DNA of 63,010 nt, counting the filler, from Collodictyon triciliatum (taxonomy: Eukaryota): the NCBI GenBank assembly GCA_043381765.1. It is 5 parts of 5 records of this genome, joined end to end, with 100 filler letters (N's around TTAATTAATTAA, not from the genome) between each part and the next. Parts side by side here need not be neighbours in the genome. Positions count along the whole stretch, not along the records: positions 1 to 11,700 come from JBHJMP010000478.1; positions 11,801 to 23,940 come from JBHJMP010000479.1; 3 more parts are not named here. One strand, 5' to 3'. Under the pieces are notes generated by a model, which was given only the letters and a program-made list of their open reading frames with translations, did not search any database and was not told the origin of the DNA. The translations under genes and the position numbers were made by a program. The stretch's first letter is position 1. Every line of letters starts with the position of its first letter. Shown one piece after another: positions 1-12,338 of this stretch.

Positions 1-155
1 TTTTCTTTTTCTTTTTTCTTTTTTCTTTTTTCTTTTTTCTTTTTTCTTTTTTCTTTTTTCTTTTTTCTTTTTTCTTTTTTCTTTTTTCTTTTTTCTTTTC
101 TTATGAAATATAGATAAGAAGCTCAATTTGTCACCTCATATTTTAACAAATGCAG

Positions 156-3100
156 GGTGACCTGGGAAACATATCTAGTTGTTTGATGTTCTCTGATGAT
201 CAAATTGTCGACCTTGCCCTCCAAACAATTAGACATCTGAACATAAAGGAGAATTTTAGGATGCCGCTTTTTCATTCGGGATGTGTGCCGTGAGTTTCAA
301 TAATGTTTTCCCGAGTTAGCCGAATAATTTAATATTGCTTTTGTCGTTTGTCAACTTACCAGAAGAATCACAGGTTCATGTTCTCGCTGATCGAAGATAA
401 TTTGAAGAGAAATGACGAAATCAGATTTATTCTGGCCCTGATGACTGTTCATGAGGAAATTCGGCATTTCATCTACACCGAAGGAAGAATAAGGGTAAAG
501 TGAAAGATATATGTTCATATCACGTGATGAAAAGAAGTGTTCCAGACATGAAAGTAGCAATTTATCAAAGCCATTTCGCTTGAGCTAATTTAACATGTCC
601 TACATTGAAACATATATTTAGATTTTACAATTCTTGGGCATCTACCCGGACATCATCATTCAGAGATGGGTTTCTTCTTGCATCGGACATCTAAGCCTGG
701 AAAGCGATGAGATGAGAAAGGAAGTTGTCGATACAAACTGCTTAGAATATTTATTCGACTATCTGAAGGGAACAGCCGACACAAAGTATAATTTACCGCT
801 CTATGGATTTAAATATGTATAATCACGTAAATACAACAAACATCTACACATTTTTTTATTCCATTCATCCATCGTTTCTTACTCAAAGCATCCCTTTTTA
901 TTTTTCAGTCTTGTATACTGCTGTGTATGGTCTATATTTACTATCGCACAAGATGAGACATACCGCGCCATTATTGTTGGCAAGGGAGCTTTGGATGTTT
1001 TGTATAGCCACACCATTGTTGATGACCCCTCCATCGTACGACTCTTTTTACTCAAATAAAATTACAATTTCCAGCAAATATACCTGTACTTTTTTCTTCA
1101 GACTGTTAATAAACACAAACTTAATTGTTTATCTAATAATATGTATTTCTAGCTGCAAATAATCGCTGGTTGCCTGGGATATTTTTCTGTTGTCCCGGAG
1201 TTAGTAGACTGTCTGTTGAGTTCAAATATCAGTGTACCGGCATTCATGCGCTTATGTGACGCACCCGATCCTCAGACACAATTCCAAATGATTATAGTGC
1301 GTAATATTTTACGGCAGTTGTCTTGAAAGTCATACACCCTCCTGAAATATATGTTCTTCCAGATGTTTATTCTTCACGGTTTCTCTAATTCAATATTTTG
1401 ATGCTCTTGAATAATCCTGTGTCATTTTAGAATATTCTTCTATCGTAAAAATTAAAAATAGTCCAATAAGGTATTGCTTATGGTAGATTTTGATATATTT
1501 CTTTTCTGTTTTTTCCCAGATTCTCTTTAACATATGTCATTCAAATTTCAATCGCCCTGTGGTTGCTGCATCGGATTTACTGTCATTCGTTACAAGCTTT
1601 CTGTCAACATTTGTGTCAGATACATTTACACTGCATTCCCTTCTTGTAAAGTTATACATCATATTCAAAAATACGCATGCAATTTCATCTCGTGCATTCA
1701 TATTCACATGCACATAGCAAAAAGGTATGTGGTCAGGAGATGTTTATTCAACTGTGTTCTGTTTATACTAGATTTTCAAGAACCTCTGCCTTTGGAGGCC
1801 AAACCATCAGATTTTAGTCGAAGCTGGAGCTCTTGAACTAGTGTCTCCGTTTATCTTCTCTGAAGACCCTGCATTGCGGAAAGAGGCAGAAGAATGCGCT
1901 TGCGTTCTGGCTGAGTCTGTTTCAACAAGGGAGGCTGTCGAAGATCAAGTGAGTATAGTTTCGCATATGCGGAAGGCTTGTACGTGTATACCTTGGTGAG
2001 AATGTCGTCCATTCACGGAACAATTTTGAGTGGGCACGGCCTGTAGCTGATTGGTTGATTAATTTTATGTAATTAGCATGATATTCAAAAAAAAGTATAT
2101 TTTTTCACTATACGAAACGAACCGTAAAATTGTAGGTATGCATAGAATTTCTTATTGCAATAGTACGCTCATTGAATGTCAATGTGGAAACGATGAGATG
2201 GACTCTGGCAATCCTGTATGAGTTCTGCGATATGGACGAAGAACTCCTCACACACATCGCTGAGTTCTGCTTACCTTTGATTCTCCATCTCCCGGTACAT
2301 TATGCCATCGAGCAGTACCACGGAAGGGTATTTGAATGGGGGAAGCCGTATGGCGCCTCATCATCGTCACACAAGTCTTCCGAAAAAAACCCGCCGAAAT
2401 CTATCGGGCTTCTGAAGCCATCTGAATCCTTCATGAACATCAGCGAACTCAGCCCCAACCATTTGAATGAGTATATGATCCAAGATATTATGATTGATGT
2501 TACAAGGATCTTGAGCTGTACCTATGAATTCGAAGCAGCACAGGTATGGGCTATGTTATTGGTGGAGATAGAACTTTAGTACATCACTTTTAATTCTTGT
2601 ATCGACTATAATGCCAGTGATTCAGAAATAAACCTGATTTAACTCTGTCATTTTATATTTAGATTCTTTATGCCGAAGAAAAATCGCTTGCTGCCATCAA
2701 ACTGCTTGTGCAATTTCCAAACAACACTATTCAATATAACTGCATCGTGCTCTTCAAGATGCTTTCATCACAAGATCGTTTCAAAAGGTATACTATTCAA
2801 CCTCACATGTCTCTTCCTTCTTTCCTTTCTTTTTCTTTGTCTTTTTCTTTTTCTTTTTCTTTTTCTTTTTTCTTTTTTCTTTTTTCTTTTTTCTTTTTTC
2901 TTTTTTCTTTTTTCTTTTTCTTTTTTCTTTTTTCTTTTTTTTCTTTTTCTTTTTCTTTTTCTTTTTCTTTTTTCTTTTTCTTTTTTCTTTTTCTTTTTCT
3001 TTTTTCTTTTTCTTTTTTCTTTTTCTTTTTTCTTTTTCTTTTNNNNNNNNNNNNNNNNNNNNNNNNNNNNNNNNNNNNNNNNNNNNNNNNNNNNNNNNNN

Positions 3101-6100
3101 NNNNNNNNNNNNNNNNNNNNNNNNNNNNNNNNNNNNNNNNNNTTCTTTTTTCTTTTTCTTTTTCTTTTTCTTTTTCTTTTTCTTTTTCTTTTTCTTTTTC
3201 TTTTTCTTTTTCTTTTTTAGAATGTTTCTCCGGACTGGATTAATTTCGTTTTGCGATGATAGACATTTGTTCTTCAGTGCGTTATTTTTAATTATCGAAG
3301 GGCTAGCTTCTCTCAATACATGTACAAGCTCCTTTTTTTTTTCCCATTATTTTTCGTTTTGATTTTGTTTGCAACAAAAATTTCTAATAATTTTTTTTTT
3401 CTTGACCTCAACCCGAAAAGGATTCTGTATGAGAATATCCCTCTCGATTTAGTTTGTGGTCTTTGCGAGTCCAAATATATCGAAGTCAAATATGAGGCTG
3501 CTTTGTTTTTGTGTTCCATGCTTCAGGAAGAATACGTAAAGCAAGAGTGTGTTTCAAGAAACCTCATCCCAGCATTCATCGCACCATTGAATACGGGCAC
3601 AGATTCGCTTTACGAATGGACCATAATGAATCTAAATCAATACTCAAAAAGAGGAATGAAGGAGAAAGTCCAAATCGCCTCAGAAAATGTATGTCTTTCT
3701 AGTACTTAATGAGTTTATATTAAATTTGTTAAAAAAAAGTTTTAAAATCCAAACTCCATAGCCTATTTCATGCTGCCTTTTCCTCACCACCTCCATATAT
3801 TTTTTGAAGATATCTTCTTTTTTTCGATCGATCTTTTTTGCGTATTCTTTTCCGTGACAGTTGTGATTTTTGAATAGGCGATGGACCAACTCATTCAATT
3901 GTTGAGCAAGCCTCTCGGCACACCTCTTCTTTGTCGCGTTATATATCTCCTTGGGACTCTCTTCCAGAGCGCTGATGTTGTCAACATGGAAAGATGCGAG
4001 CAGGTTATACTTTTTTCTCCATCTCCTATCATCCCCTTGTTCATCTTAACGCTTGCATGCCTTTTGTCATAATCTTTATGTGTCATCTCAAAGTCTCAAT
4101 GAATCATTTCAGGCCATTGTCCCTCTGATTAAGTATGTTGGCTCTGAGGATGTCGGAATAATGTGTGAAGCTCTTCGCACCCTTGGAATTATGTGTCATT
4201 CCCAAACACATCAACAGAAGGTTTGCCGTGGGAATTATGCTTATATGACAACACCAAATGTTTTTTAGGCTGCTCTTATATCGGCTATTTCAAATGCCGA
4301 ATCAAACTCTTCTCTTTGGCTGTCTTCCTTACCATTATTCCTTCAGATCGTTGATTTAGGAGGGGTTGTCCTCTTTGTTCATCTTCTGAGGTCAGATATC
4401 CCACAGGCTCGATTAGAAGCACTCATGGCACTCCAAGTTTTAGCGCAAGAAAACACTAGTGTGGATATTATATACCAAGAGAAAGGCAACATTGATGCAT
4501 GTTCAATAGCACATTTTTACTACATCCAGGTAAAATGTATTTTCATATTCTTTCCACTATTATATTTGAGTGTCTTGCAATCGATAGATTAAGCATTAAA
4601 AAAAGAAGTTATTTGTGGTATAATATCCTCGAGACTGAATGCCCTCAACTACTTGCAATCACAAATCGAAAACGGCTTTATTTTTTGCTCTTAGGATAAG
4701 GATTTGTTGGAAAAGATACAAGAAGAAGCGAAGAAACTACTGCAATTGTTGGATGAGGGTGAATTATCCACTTGGGGCTGCGGAGAGTATGGACAGCTCG
4801 GTCATGGAACAAACTACAACGAATTTTTGCCCCGGCATCATCCGGTAACTGCATCTTTGAAATTTTTATTTTTTGTATTTTTGTCATATATATTTAATAA
4901 TTATTTGTTACAAATTTTGAATACACACTCCTTTAACTAATTATTTTTAACCTTTTATTAATAAAAATAAAAATGATAATTTACAACTGTATCAAGTCAT
5001 CGAGAGATTTTAAAGTACGAGTTAACAAAGTGGCATGTGGGAAGTCCCATATGATTGCACGCACCGAGGATGGCAAGTTATATTCATGGGGTGAGAACAA
5101 GCATGGCCAGCTGGGAATGAGGGATACAAAAAGCAGAAGCATTCCGACAGTAGTAGATTTTTTTGTAGATTTGTGAGTATCTTAGTCTCTTATCTTCGAA
5201 TTTTGAATTCCATCTTTTATATTTTATATTCGTTATTTTTTTATTTTTTTTTAAAAAAAAAAAGATAGAGGAAACTAAAAAATTATGCTACACAGCGATA
5301 TCATCGATATTGCGTGCGGAAGTGAGTTCAGCATGGCTTACGTTAAGGGTGCTGATGACATGTAACACTTTGTACTTTTTCTCCACGAGTCTGGGAATTA
5401 CTACTATTTTCAAAAGCGAGTGAACTTGGTCAGAAATTATTTTAATTTACACAATGTTTCTGATGTACTATTACAGAAATAGGCTTTACTCTTGGGGTTC
5501 AAATGATTTCGGCCAATTAGGCATCGGCAACACTGATAGCAAAAGCCAGCCTGTTGAAATAGAATTGCTCAGAAACCAAGATATCATCAATATAGCTTGC
5601 GGTGTGCGGCATGCTGCCTGTGTCACTGGTGATATTATATACCTTTTTATATTTTTATATGAGAATAAAGTGCAACCTTACCTTTCCTGATTATTACTGT
5701 GAACATTATTCTGAAACTTTAGTCTTGTGTGTAGTTCAAGGAAGTTTGTACATTTGGGGAGACAACGAACAACATCAGCTTGGGGTTGCACAGTCAAGAG
5801 CATCGAGTGTGCCTATTTTGATGGAATTTTTCCAGGAAGCAGGTGCCTACAAAACATGCAATCTTGTTATGTTTATTAGTATTTTTGAAATGCCTTTTTT
5901 TCAAATTCTAATATTTTATCGAGTCCATTTTGCTTCTCTTCTTTTTTCGATTCAAATTTTTGGTTGTTGTCTTTAAAATAAAAATAAAATTGACATTGCT
6001 TCAAAACTCTTTCAGTTTCCAGGGTCTCTTGTGGTGTCACACATTCAGCAGCGCTTTCTGGAGGTAAAGTTTACACGTGGGGAACTGGAGATTCTGGACA

Positions 6101-9100
6101 GCTGGGATTAGGAGAAGGACAGACTGTCTCTGAAACACCTCAGCCAGTCGACATCCTTTCTTCCGTCAATCAGAGGTTTTTTTTGAATATGTCTCTAAAA
6201 TGAAATCTTTCTATGGCACGCTCGCTGCGAAGGGAAAAAAAAAAAAAAGACAAAAGCTACTTTAAATCCAAAATCACTTTTCAGTGACATCGCTACTTGG
6301 AGGGAAGATTCGACGCACGACCCAGCAGCACCTACCACGGCGAAGATAATTCGTTGTAGTCAAACTATGACTATGGTTGTATCATATTCTGGGCGCTTAT
6401 ACACTTGCGGCGATAATTCTGCTGGTCAGCTGGGGTTGGAAGACAAAGTCGACAAATCGTTTGTTTTGAAGGTCATCTTGCTACTTAAGATAAAAAATCA
6501 GATGAATTTACAAACAGATAGTTAATATCAATAATTAAGGTAGGGGAAAAAACTAAAATTCAATCTTAAAATCGTGTACGCAGGAGGTAACACTACTTTC
6601 GAATGAGCTTTTGTTGGATGTAAGCTGCGGTAGTTCGTTTGCAGTTGCCCTTACTATTGAAGGTCGTGTATTTTCTTGGGGAAGTTGTGAAGATTTTCAA
6701 CTTGGATTGGGTGACCCGTATACCAAAAACACTCCTAATGGTAAGATAAGACTCTATTCTGTATTTTATGGCTTGGAGAACTTATTCATCTCACGTTTTC
6801 AATTAATTGCCCAAATAACAACCGGTTCATTCCGGTGATATTCACTTTTTTTTTTTTTTTTGGTTCCTCTCTTTTTGTTTTCTCATCAAGAAATATCTTA
6901 CCTGCGCGGAGTTCCCATTCGCATACTGGTTGCAGGCTACAACTTTGTCGCATCGATAGGTTAGTTTAACCTTCTTATTTTTGAGTAAGCAGAGTAAGGA
7001 GTCAGGGAGCAGAATAGTTAGTTTGAATAACATACTGCAGTATTAAATTGGTTTTGAGTGCGCTGTATTCGGTTGATTCAAACGAGCGATGAAAAGTCAT
7101 TTTATTGCGAAGTGCAGTGTAAGACTTTACTTTATACACTTAGCACCAAAAGCGGATTACAAGCACCTCATAAGCGAATTTATTATCGCTACGGAATCAG
7201 ACCACCAACCGCCCCTAAATGCTGCAGTCGAAAAATACCTAACAGTTCTTCGAAATGAAGCATTGATAGGTTGTTTTCCATAAGCAATAATTCTTTATTT
7301 ATCACCATCACACTTGCCGGAGCATCCAAGACATCATAATTGCAGCTGATGTTTTAGCTTCAGTGAATTATTTTTTTAAAAAAAATCTTGAAACATATAC
7401 AGGAGACCCCATTCTTGGTCGTGACCAGATTAACAGTGTCTTTTCCTGCATCGATGACATACAACAGCTCGCAAATGGCTCTCCAAAAGAGGATATCAGA
7501 GTAAAACATCCTTTTTATTCTAAAAGATTCTATTTAAAATTTCGAATAAAATCTATTAAAAATATCAAAACTGATCCCACAAATATGTAAAATAATCCTA
7601 CTATGTCACAGAGCATCGGAGATATCGTTGTGCGCTACACTGTAGATGAACTTTTTAATCTACTATTCAACATATCATCTACATTTGGTGAATATATAGA
7701 CAACTTTGAAGACGGCATAATGATGCTTCACTCAAGGTGTTAAATCCAAGATAAATTTCGGAAATCTTTTTGTTTGGAAAATTGTGATTGCCGCTAGGAA
7801 AAATAAAAGGAAAAAAAAAAAGAGCCAAAAGTAGAAACGTTTTTCTTACACTTTAATTTTAAAACTCAGATACGATGGTAACGTCAGATTCCGAACTTTT
7901 GTCGATGCGCGAGGGACGAAAGCAGGTAGGACATATCTCGCCTCGTTTTCTTGTTTGTGCGGGTTGAAGTACTTTCTCAAAAAAAATATGCGGTTCTCTA
8001 GATTAAATTACATCAACATCTAATATTCAACTATTTTAGAGCTAGAAAAGCTGCTCATAGACCCGGTCTTCCGTTTTTACTCTTATCATCGATTCTACAT
8101 GGTAACTTATTTCATTAGTAGAGAACGAGTTTGCTGAAGTCTGCCTTTTACAACCTACTGTTTCAAAGTTCCAAAGCTATTTTCTCTATCTCCATCACAT
8201 TACATATTGTAGGAGGTGAAGAAAGAGCTTCATGAACAGTTAGTCATCGATTCCAAGCAGGACGAAAAAAATCAGGATGACCAACCAACAGGTTAGACTT
8301 GACACCCTCTCACATTCATTTGATTTTATATGTATTGAAAAAAAAACATGTATTCTGCCCAATTTGGTCGACATCAGCCTTAATTTTTTGTTTTACTTGA
8401 TTTATATAACATCTGCATTATCAATAGTTTGGTTTTGTAATATTCTAAAATATGTGAATCGATAGTCAATGATTTAGAAGAATCATTCAATTCTACAATC
8501 CCAATCATGCAAAGAATCCGACCATCAAAAGTAAAACTCAAGAAGGAATCTTCTTTCATGAAAAATATCCTAGAGGTATACCTCAATATTTAAAAAACAC
8601 ACACACACAAAACGGAAAATCATTTTTTAATCCATATTTTCCATTTTTTTCTATTTTTATAATATTTTTTCTGCATTTCGCATCACCATTTTTTTTTCAT
8701 GTTCACAGCTGGATAGAATTAATGTGTGTAACAGCTTTTCCTTTTATCTTATTGACCAGGATTGAAATACTCGTTATTCATATTTTTCACTTTAAAAGGG
8801 AAAAAGTAATTTGTCCGAGGCCACAATCGATGTTATATTCCTTACTATGATATTCGTGATTTATATTACTGTGGTCAGAGCCATGCGCTTTAGAAAAGAT
8901 ATGAAAAAGGTACATCGATGAGATTTTGCTTCCTCGTTTCAGTTGACCATTCATTGCTTACTTCTTTTGTAGATATATGTTTTGTATTTGAAAAGAGTCA
9001 TTGTCGATAAAATGAACGACACATTTCTAAGAATATAATCATCATAAAAAAAATCTCGAAAAGGTCGATAAAAGCGACAAAATTGCTGTTCGAAATGTCA

Positions 9101-11383
9101 TATGGAATCACTTTCGGGTAATTGCTTCTAATGTGGCTGATATGTTCGGTAAGCTAACTTTCATGAACATTTGCGTTCTTAATACGAAAATGGACTCATT
9201 TGCATTCATATTTATTTTGTTCCTGCGAGGCATGAATACATATGGTTACATCTTTTAAATGTAAAATGTAGGCAAAAAGGCGTATACAAATGACTTCTCT
9301 CCTCTGACTGCATATTCAGTTGCATCTTACAACATGTTCTGTCCCTTTTTGCTTGTCCTCATTGGACTTATGTAAGTTTGGTCAGCTCGTTGCCCCTTCC
9401 TCTCCGAAAGTCTGTCGTGTATCACGTCAATCTTCTGAACGGAAGAGATACTGACATTCTTGTTCTATTTGTACAGAGCAACCGCAACAAGCTCGGCTCA
9501 ATATGTGATGCCCTTCTTTCTAGTGAGAACAATAGTTTTCTTATTATCAAATACATGAATATACTGGCGATCTTTTTATTTACTCCAGGCATTGATTGGA
9601 ATTGCAAGATAGGAAGATAGCTTTGATATTGGCTTTTATTTTGGTCGACCACACATTTGAAACAACCTTTTTCTCTTTATTTTCGCCCAGGGTGTATACT
9701 TCTTTTGTGGGTCAGTAATGATTGCATGGGCAATAAAACGAGCGTCAAAGGACAAGGCCGTGATGTGGGTTGACAGGACAAAGAAGCACATCGGACGAAA
9801 CCAAGAAAACGCGCTGGAGCTCTTCTCTTTGGTCTCTGATTATGTCCAGGTAGCCATCATTTTTCCTCGCCGTGCGATCTTTTGTAACGTTTTCTCTGTA
9901 TTAAAAAGATGTAAGAAGCCAAATTTCATTTATATATGTATATGATTGGCTAATCATTACAATAATGGTTTATTGACAAATGAAAACATTTAGCTCGTCA
10001 CCCTGTCATTTAATGATAGCGTTCCATGGAATGCAAATCCATTCACAACGCAAGCTACATCTTTGGGTGGAGGACTTCGGCTAAGTATTCATTCATTTCT
10101 GTGAATATTTATATACGCTCTTGAATATATATAACTATTTTGTAGTATAACATAGCCTTTTCATATATTTTTATCTTCATACACTCGCAACGTATGTTTC
10201 ATAATTTATGTATCAGTTCTCTTAACCGAATCTGATCTCCCTGCAACGATCTTTGTATTCTTTTCTTTAATTAAACCATTTGCACTACTTTTATTTCACA
10301 GAAACAATCTCTGTGGCGACTGGCTTTACCCTGACTTTTTTTGGAATCATGAGCGTCATTGCACTCTGGGTGTTTACACTAAAGATTAGTGAATTCAACA
10401 TAAAAAGTAAAAAAGCTGACGCGTTCAAGAACACAGTTCTTCCGATTCTAGGTAAACTAGGCCATGTAATATCGAATTTCCCTTTCTTTTTTTTAAGCTG
10501 CTTTTTCCTACTGCCCAAAATAATATATGGATTAAATATGCAATCTTTTGATTTACGTCAGAAACTCTGTTTTTTTTTTAACTTATTCAATTTGCATAGG
10601 CGACACCTTCTATATGTCCGTAGCAAGCACACTATTTCAGACGTTCGACTGTGCTGTTGTGGATGGTGATTATGTGGTATGAGTTCACTTTGATTCGCCC
10701 CAACTGAAATTCCGGTCTACCATCCATTCTCTTAAACCTAGCACCACAGCATACCCAAACTATTATCTTTTTCAGCATGGAAGATAAAAAAAAATGCAAA
10801 GGCACAATATTTCAATTTAAAAGAAACGGACATTGTAATTCGATCTATATTTCGTAAAGTCCAAGGTTCAACTTCTTTATTAGTATGTAAGGTGTAAACC
10901 TCGAGTAAATCCATCTACTCATCACACTGCAGTTGCGAGTTGATCCAAACTTTCACTGTTGGCAAGGGTCGCACGCAGCCATGGCTCTTGCCTGTCTCCT
11001 TGGAGTCGGATTATACATTCCTCAGGCAACTCTCACGCCGTTCTCTGCCTTTGATGCTCCGCCCGAACTCGACATCCTTTATGCGCCACTATTCACCATA
11101 TTTTCGCAATATGTCAAAGTGATAATCACAGGATTTTCCATCTACTTTGGTACAGTTTAATTTTAATGTTCATAATCATTTTCCGAATCGTGACTGATAT
11201 CTGAACCAATGTATAACCCAGCCGGCATACCCAGCCTCTTTTTGGTGTGCAACCTGATTGGCAACGTGGCGTTGTTGTGGTTCATCTTGAAATTCAGTCC
11301 TTGTGCCCCGCACGCCATCAGCCATTGGAACGCGGCAATCTTCTTTCAATCAGCAGCTTCGACCGTCTGTGCCATACTTGCAA
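156..11383 (+). CDS. Large multi-exon protein: ARM repeats + RCC1 repeats + DH/RhoGEF-like domain + polytopic membrane domain (5' end outside window; last exon(s) obscured by gap at 11701-11800)
   Basis: Phase-compatible GT-AG exons. ARM-like helices lie at 156-4760 (e.g. IVDLGGVVLFVHLLRS..ARLEALMALQVLA). RCC1 repeats lie at 4760-6958 (WGCGEYGQLGHG, VACGKSHMIARTEDGKLYSWGENKHGQLG, IACGVRHAACVT, WGSCEDFQLGLG). A DH-like domain lies at 7144-8290 (HLISEFIIATESDHQ..KYLTVLR..QINSVFSCIDDIQQL..LEKLLIDPVFRFYSY). Hydrophobic helices lie at 8809-11383 with FDC..LRVDPNFHCWQGSH. Confidence 0.85.
2820..3215. repeat. (TTTTTC)n-type intronic microsatellite spanning an N gap
   Basis: Direct reading. Confidence 0.9.
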
Positions 11384-11600
11384 GTATGTTTACTTTCACC
11401 TATTTCCTTTTTTATTTTTATTTTCTCTTTCTCGATTGCGACTCCCTCACTCGCCCCGACTTCAGTGAAAACAAAAGATTTAGAAAAAAAAATCCAAAAT
11501 TCTTATTTATTCTTTGCTATTAATTATTTTGAATGTCGGATGCTCGTACGATATGAGAAGAATGAACACATTTATGACGGGCGTTTACTTTTTCTTTTAT

Positions 11601-11700
11601 TGATTTTGATTTTGATTTTGATTTTGATTTTGATTTTGATTTTGATTTTGATTTTGATTTTGATTTTGATTTTGATTTTGATTTTGATTTTGATTTTGAT
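11601..11700. repeat. (GATTTT)n microsatellite
   Basis: Direct reading. Confidence 0.95.
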
Positions 11701-11800
11701 NNNNNNNNNNNNNNNNNNNNNNNNNNNNNNNNNNNNNNNNNNNNTTAATTAATTAANNNNNNNNNNNNNNNNNNNNNNNNNNNNNNNNNNNNNNNNNNNN
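11701..11800. other. Artificial assembly linker (N44-TTAATTAATTAA-N44)
   Basis: Palindromic 12-mer with stops in all six frames, centred in a 100-nt N block. Identical construct at four sites. Confidence 0.95.
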
Positions 11801-12089
11801 TTTTTTTTTTTCACCCCGAGTCGAACAGAAAGACGGTGGTCTGCGAGTCGGATCGTTGGGGGTTCTCTCTGATGTGTTTTATGCGATCATTCTTTGGTGA
11901 TCACCACCATCACTCAAATGGAGTGACATTTACCCGGAAAGCAAACCGCACAAAATGGGCACAAATACTATCAAACAGAGAAACTGTGAGATTTAGCATT
12001 CGCTGCATAGTCAATTACTTCATTAGCCCGCAGTGAAAGGATTGGTTTTGTACGGATCGCATCTCGAGTTGGATGAAAATAAAAGGGAG

Positions 12090-12164
12090 AAAAGAAAAGA
12101 AAAGAAAAGAAAAGAAAAGAAAAGAAAAGAAAAGAAAAGAAAAGAAAAGAAAAGAAAAGAAAAG
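12090..12164. repeat. (AAAAG)n microsatellite
   Basis: Direct reading. Confidence 0.95.
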
Positions 12165-12338
12165 AGGAAAGGTAAGAGAGCCAAACATAATTCGGTGCAT
12201 AATATGTGTGTTTTATTTGCGTGCTGTTGGCTTGATTTCTAGAATATGGTCGGCATTATCACTTTTCTTTCATGTTTGTATGAGAGTGAGATAACCTAGT
12301 ATACTTGTTTTTGCATCCCTGATAACTATGTGATGATA

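Noticed and set aside
374-590. C/D-box snoRNA-like motifs (ATGACGA..CTGA, GTGATGA)
   Set aside because: 374-494 is a coding exon of the first gene. The GTGATGA at 524 has no clean D box or terminal stem.
2670-3362. Long poly-Phe/poly-Lys ORFs in the ORF track (also near 12000, 14200, 21600, 31500, 51200, 61000)
   Set aside because: These are translations of microsatellites and N gaps.
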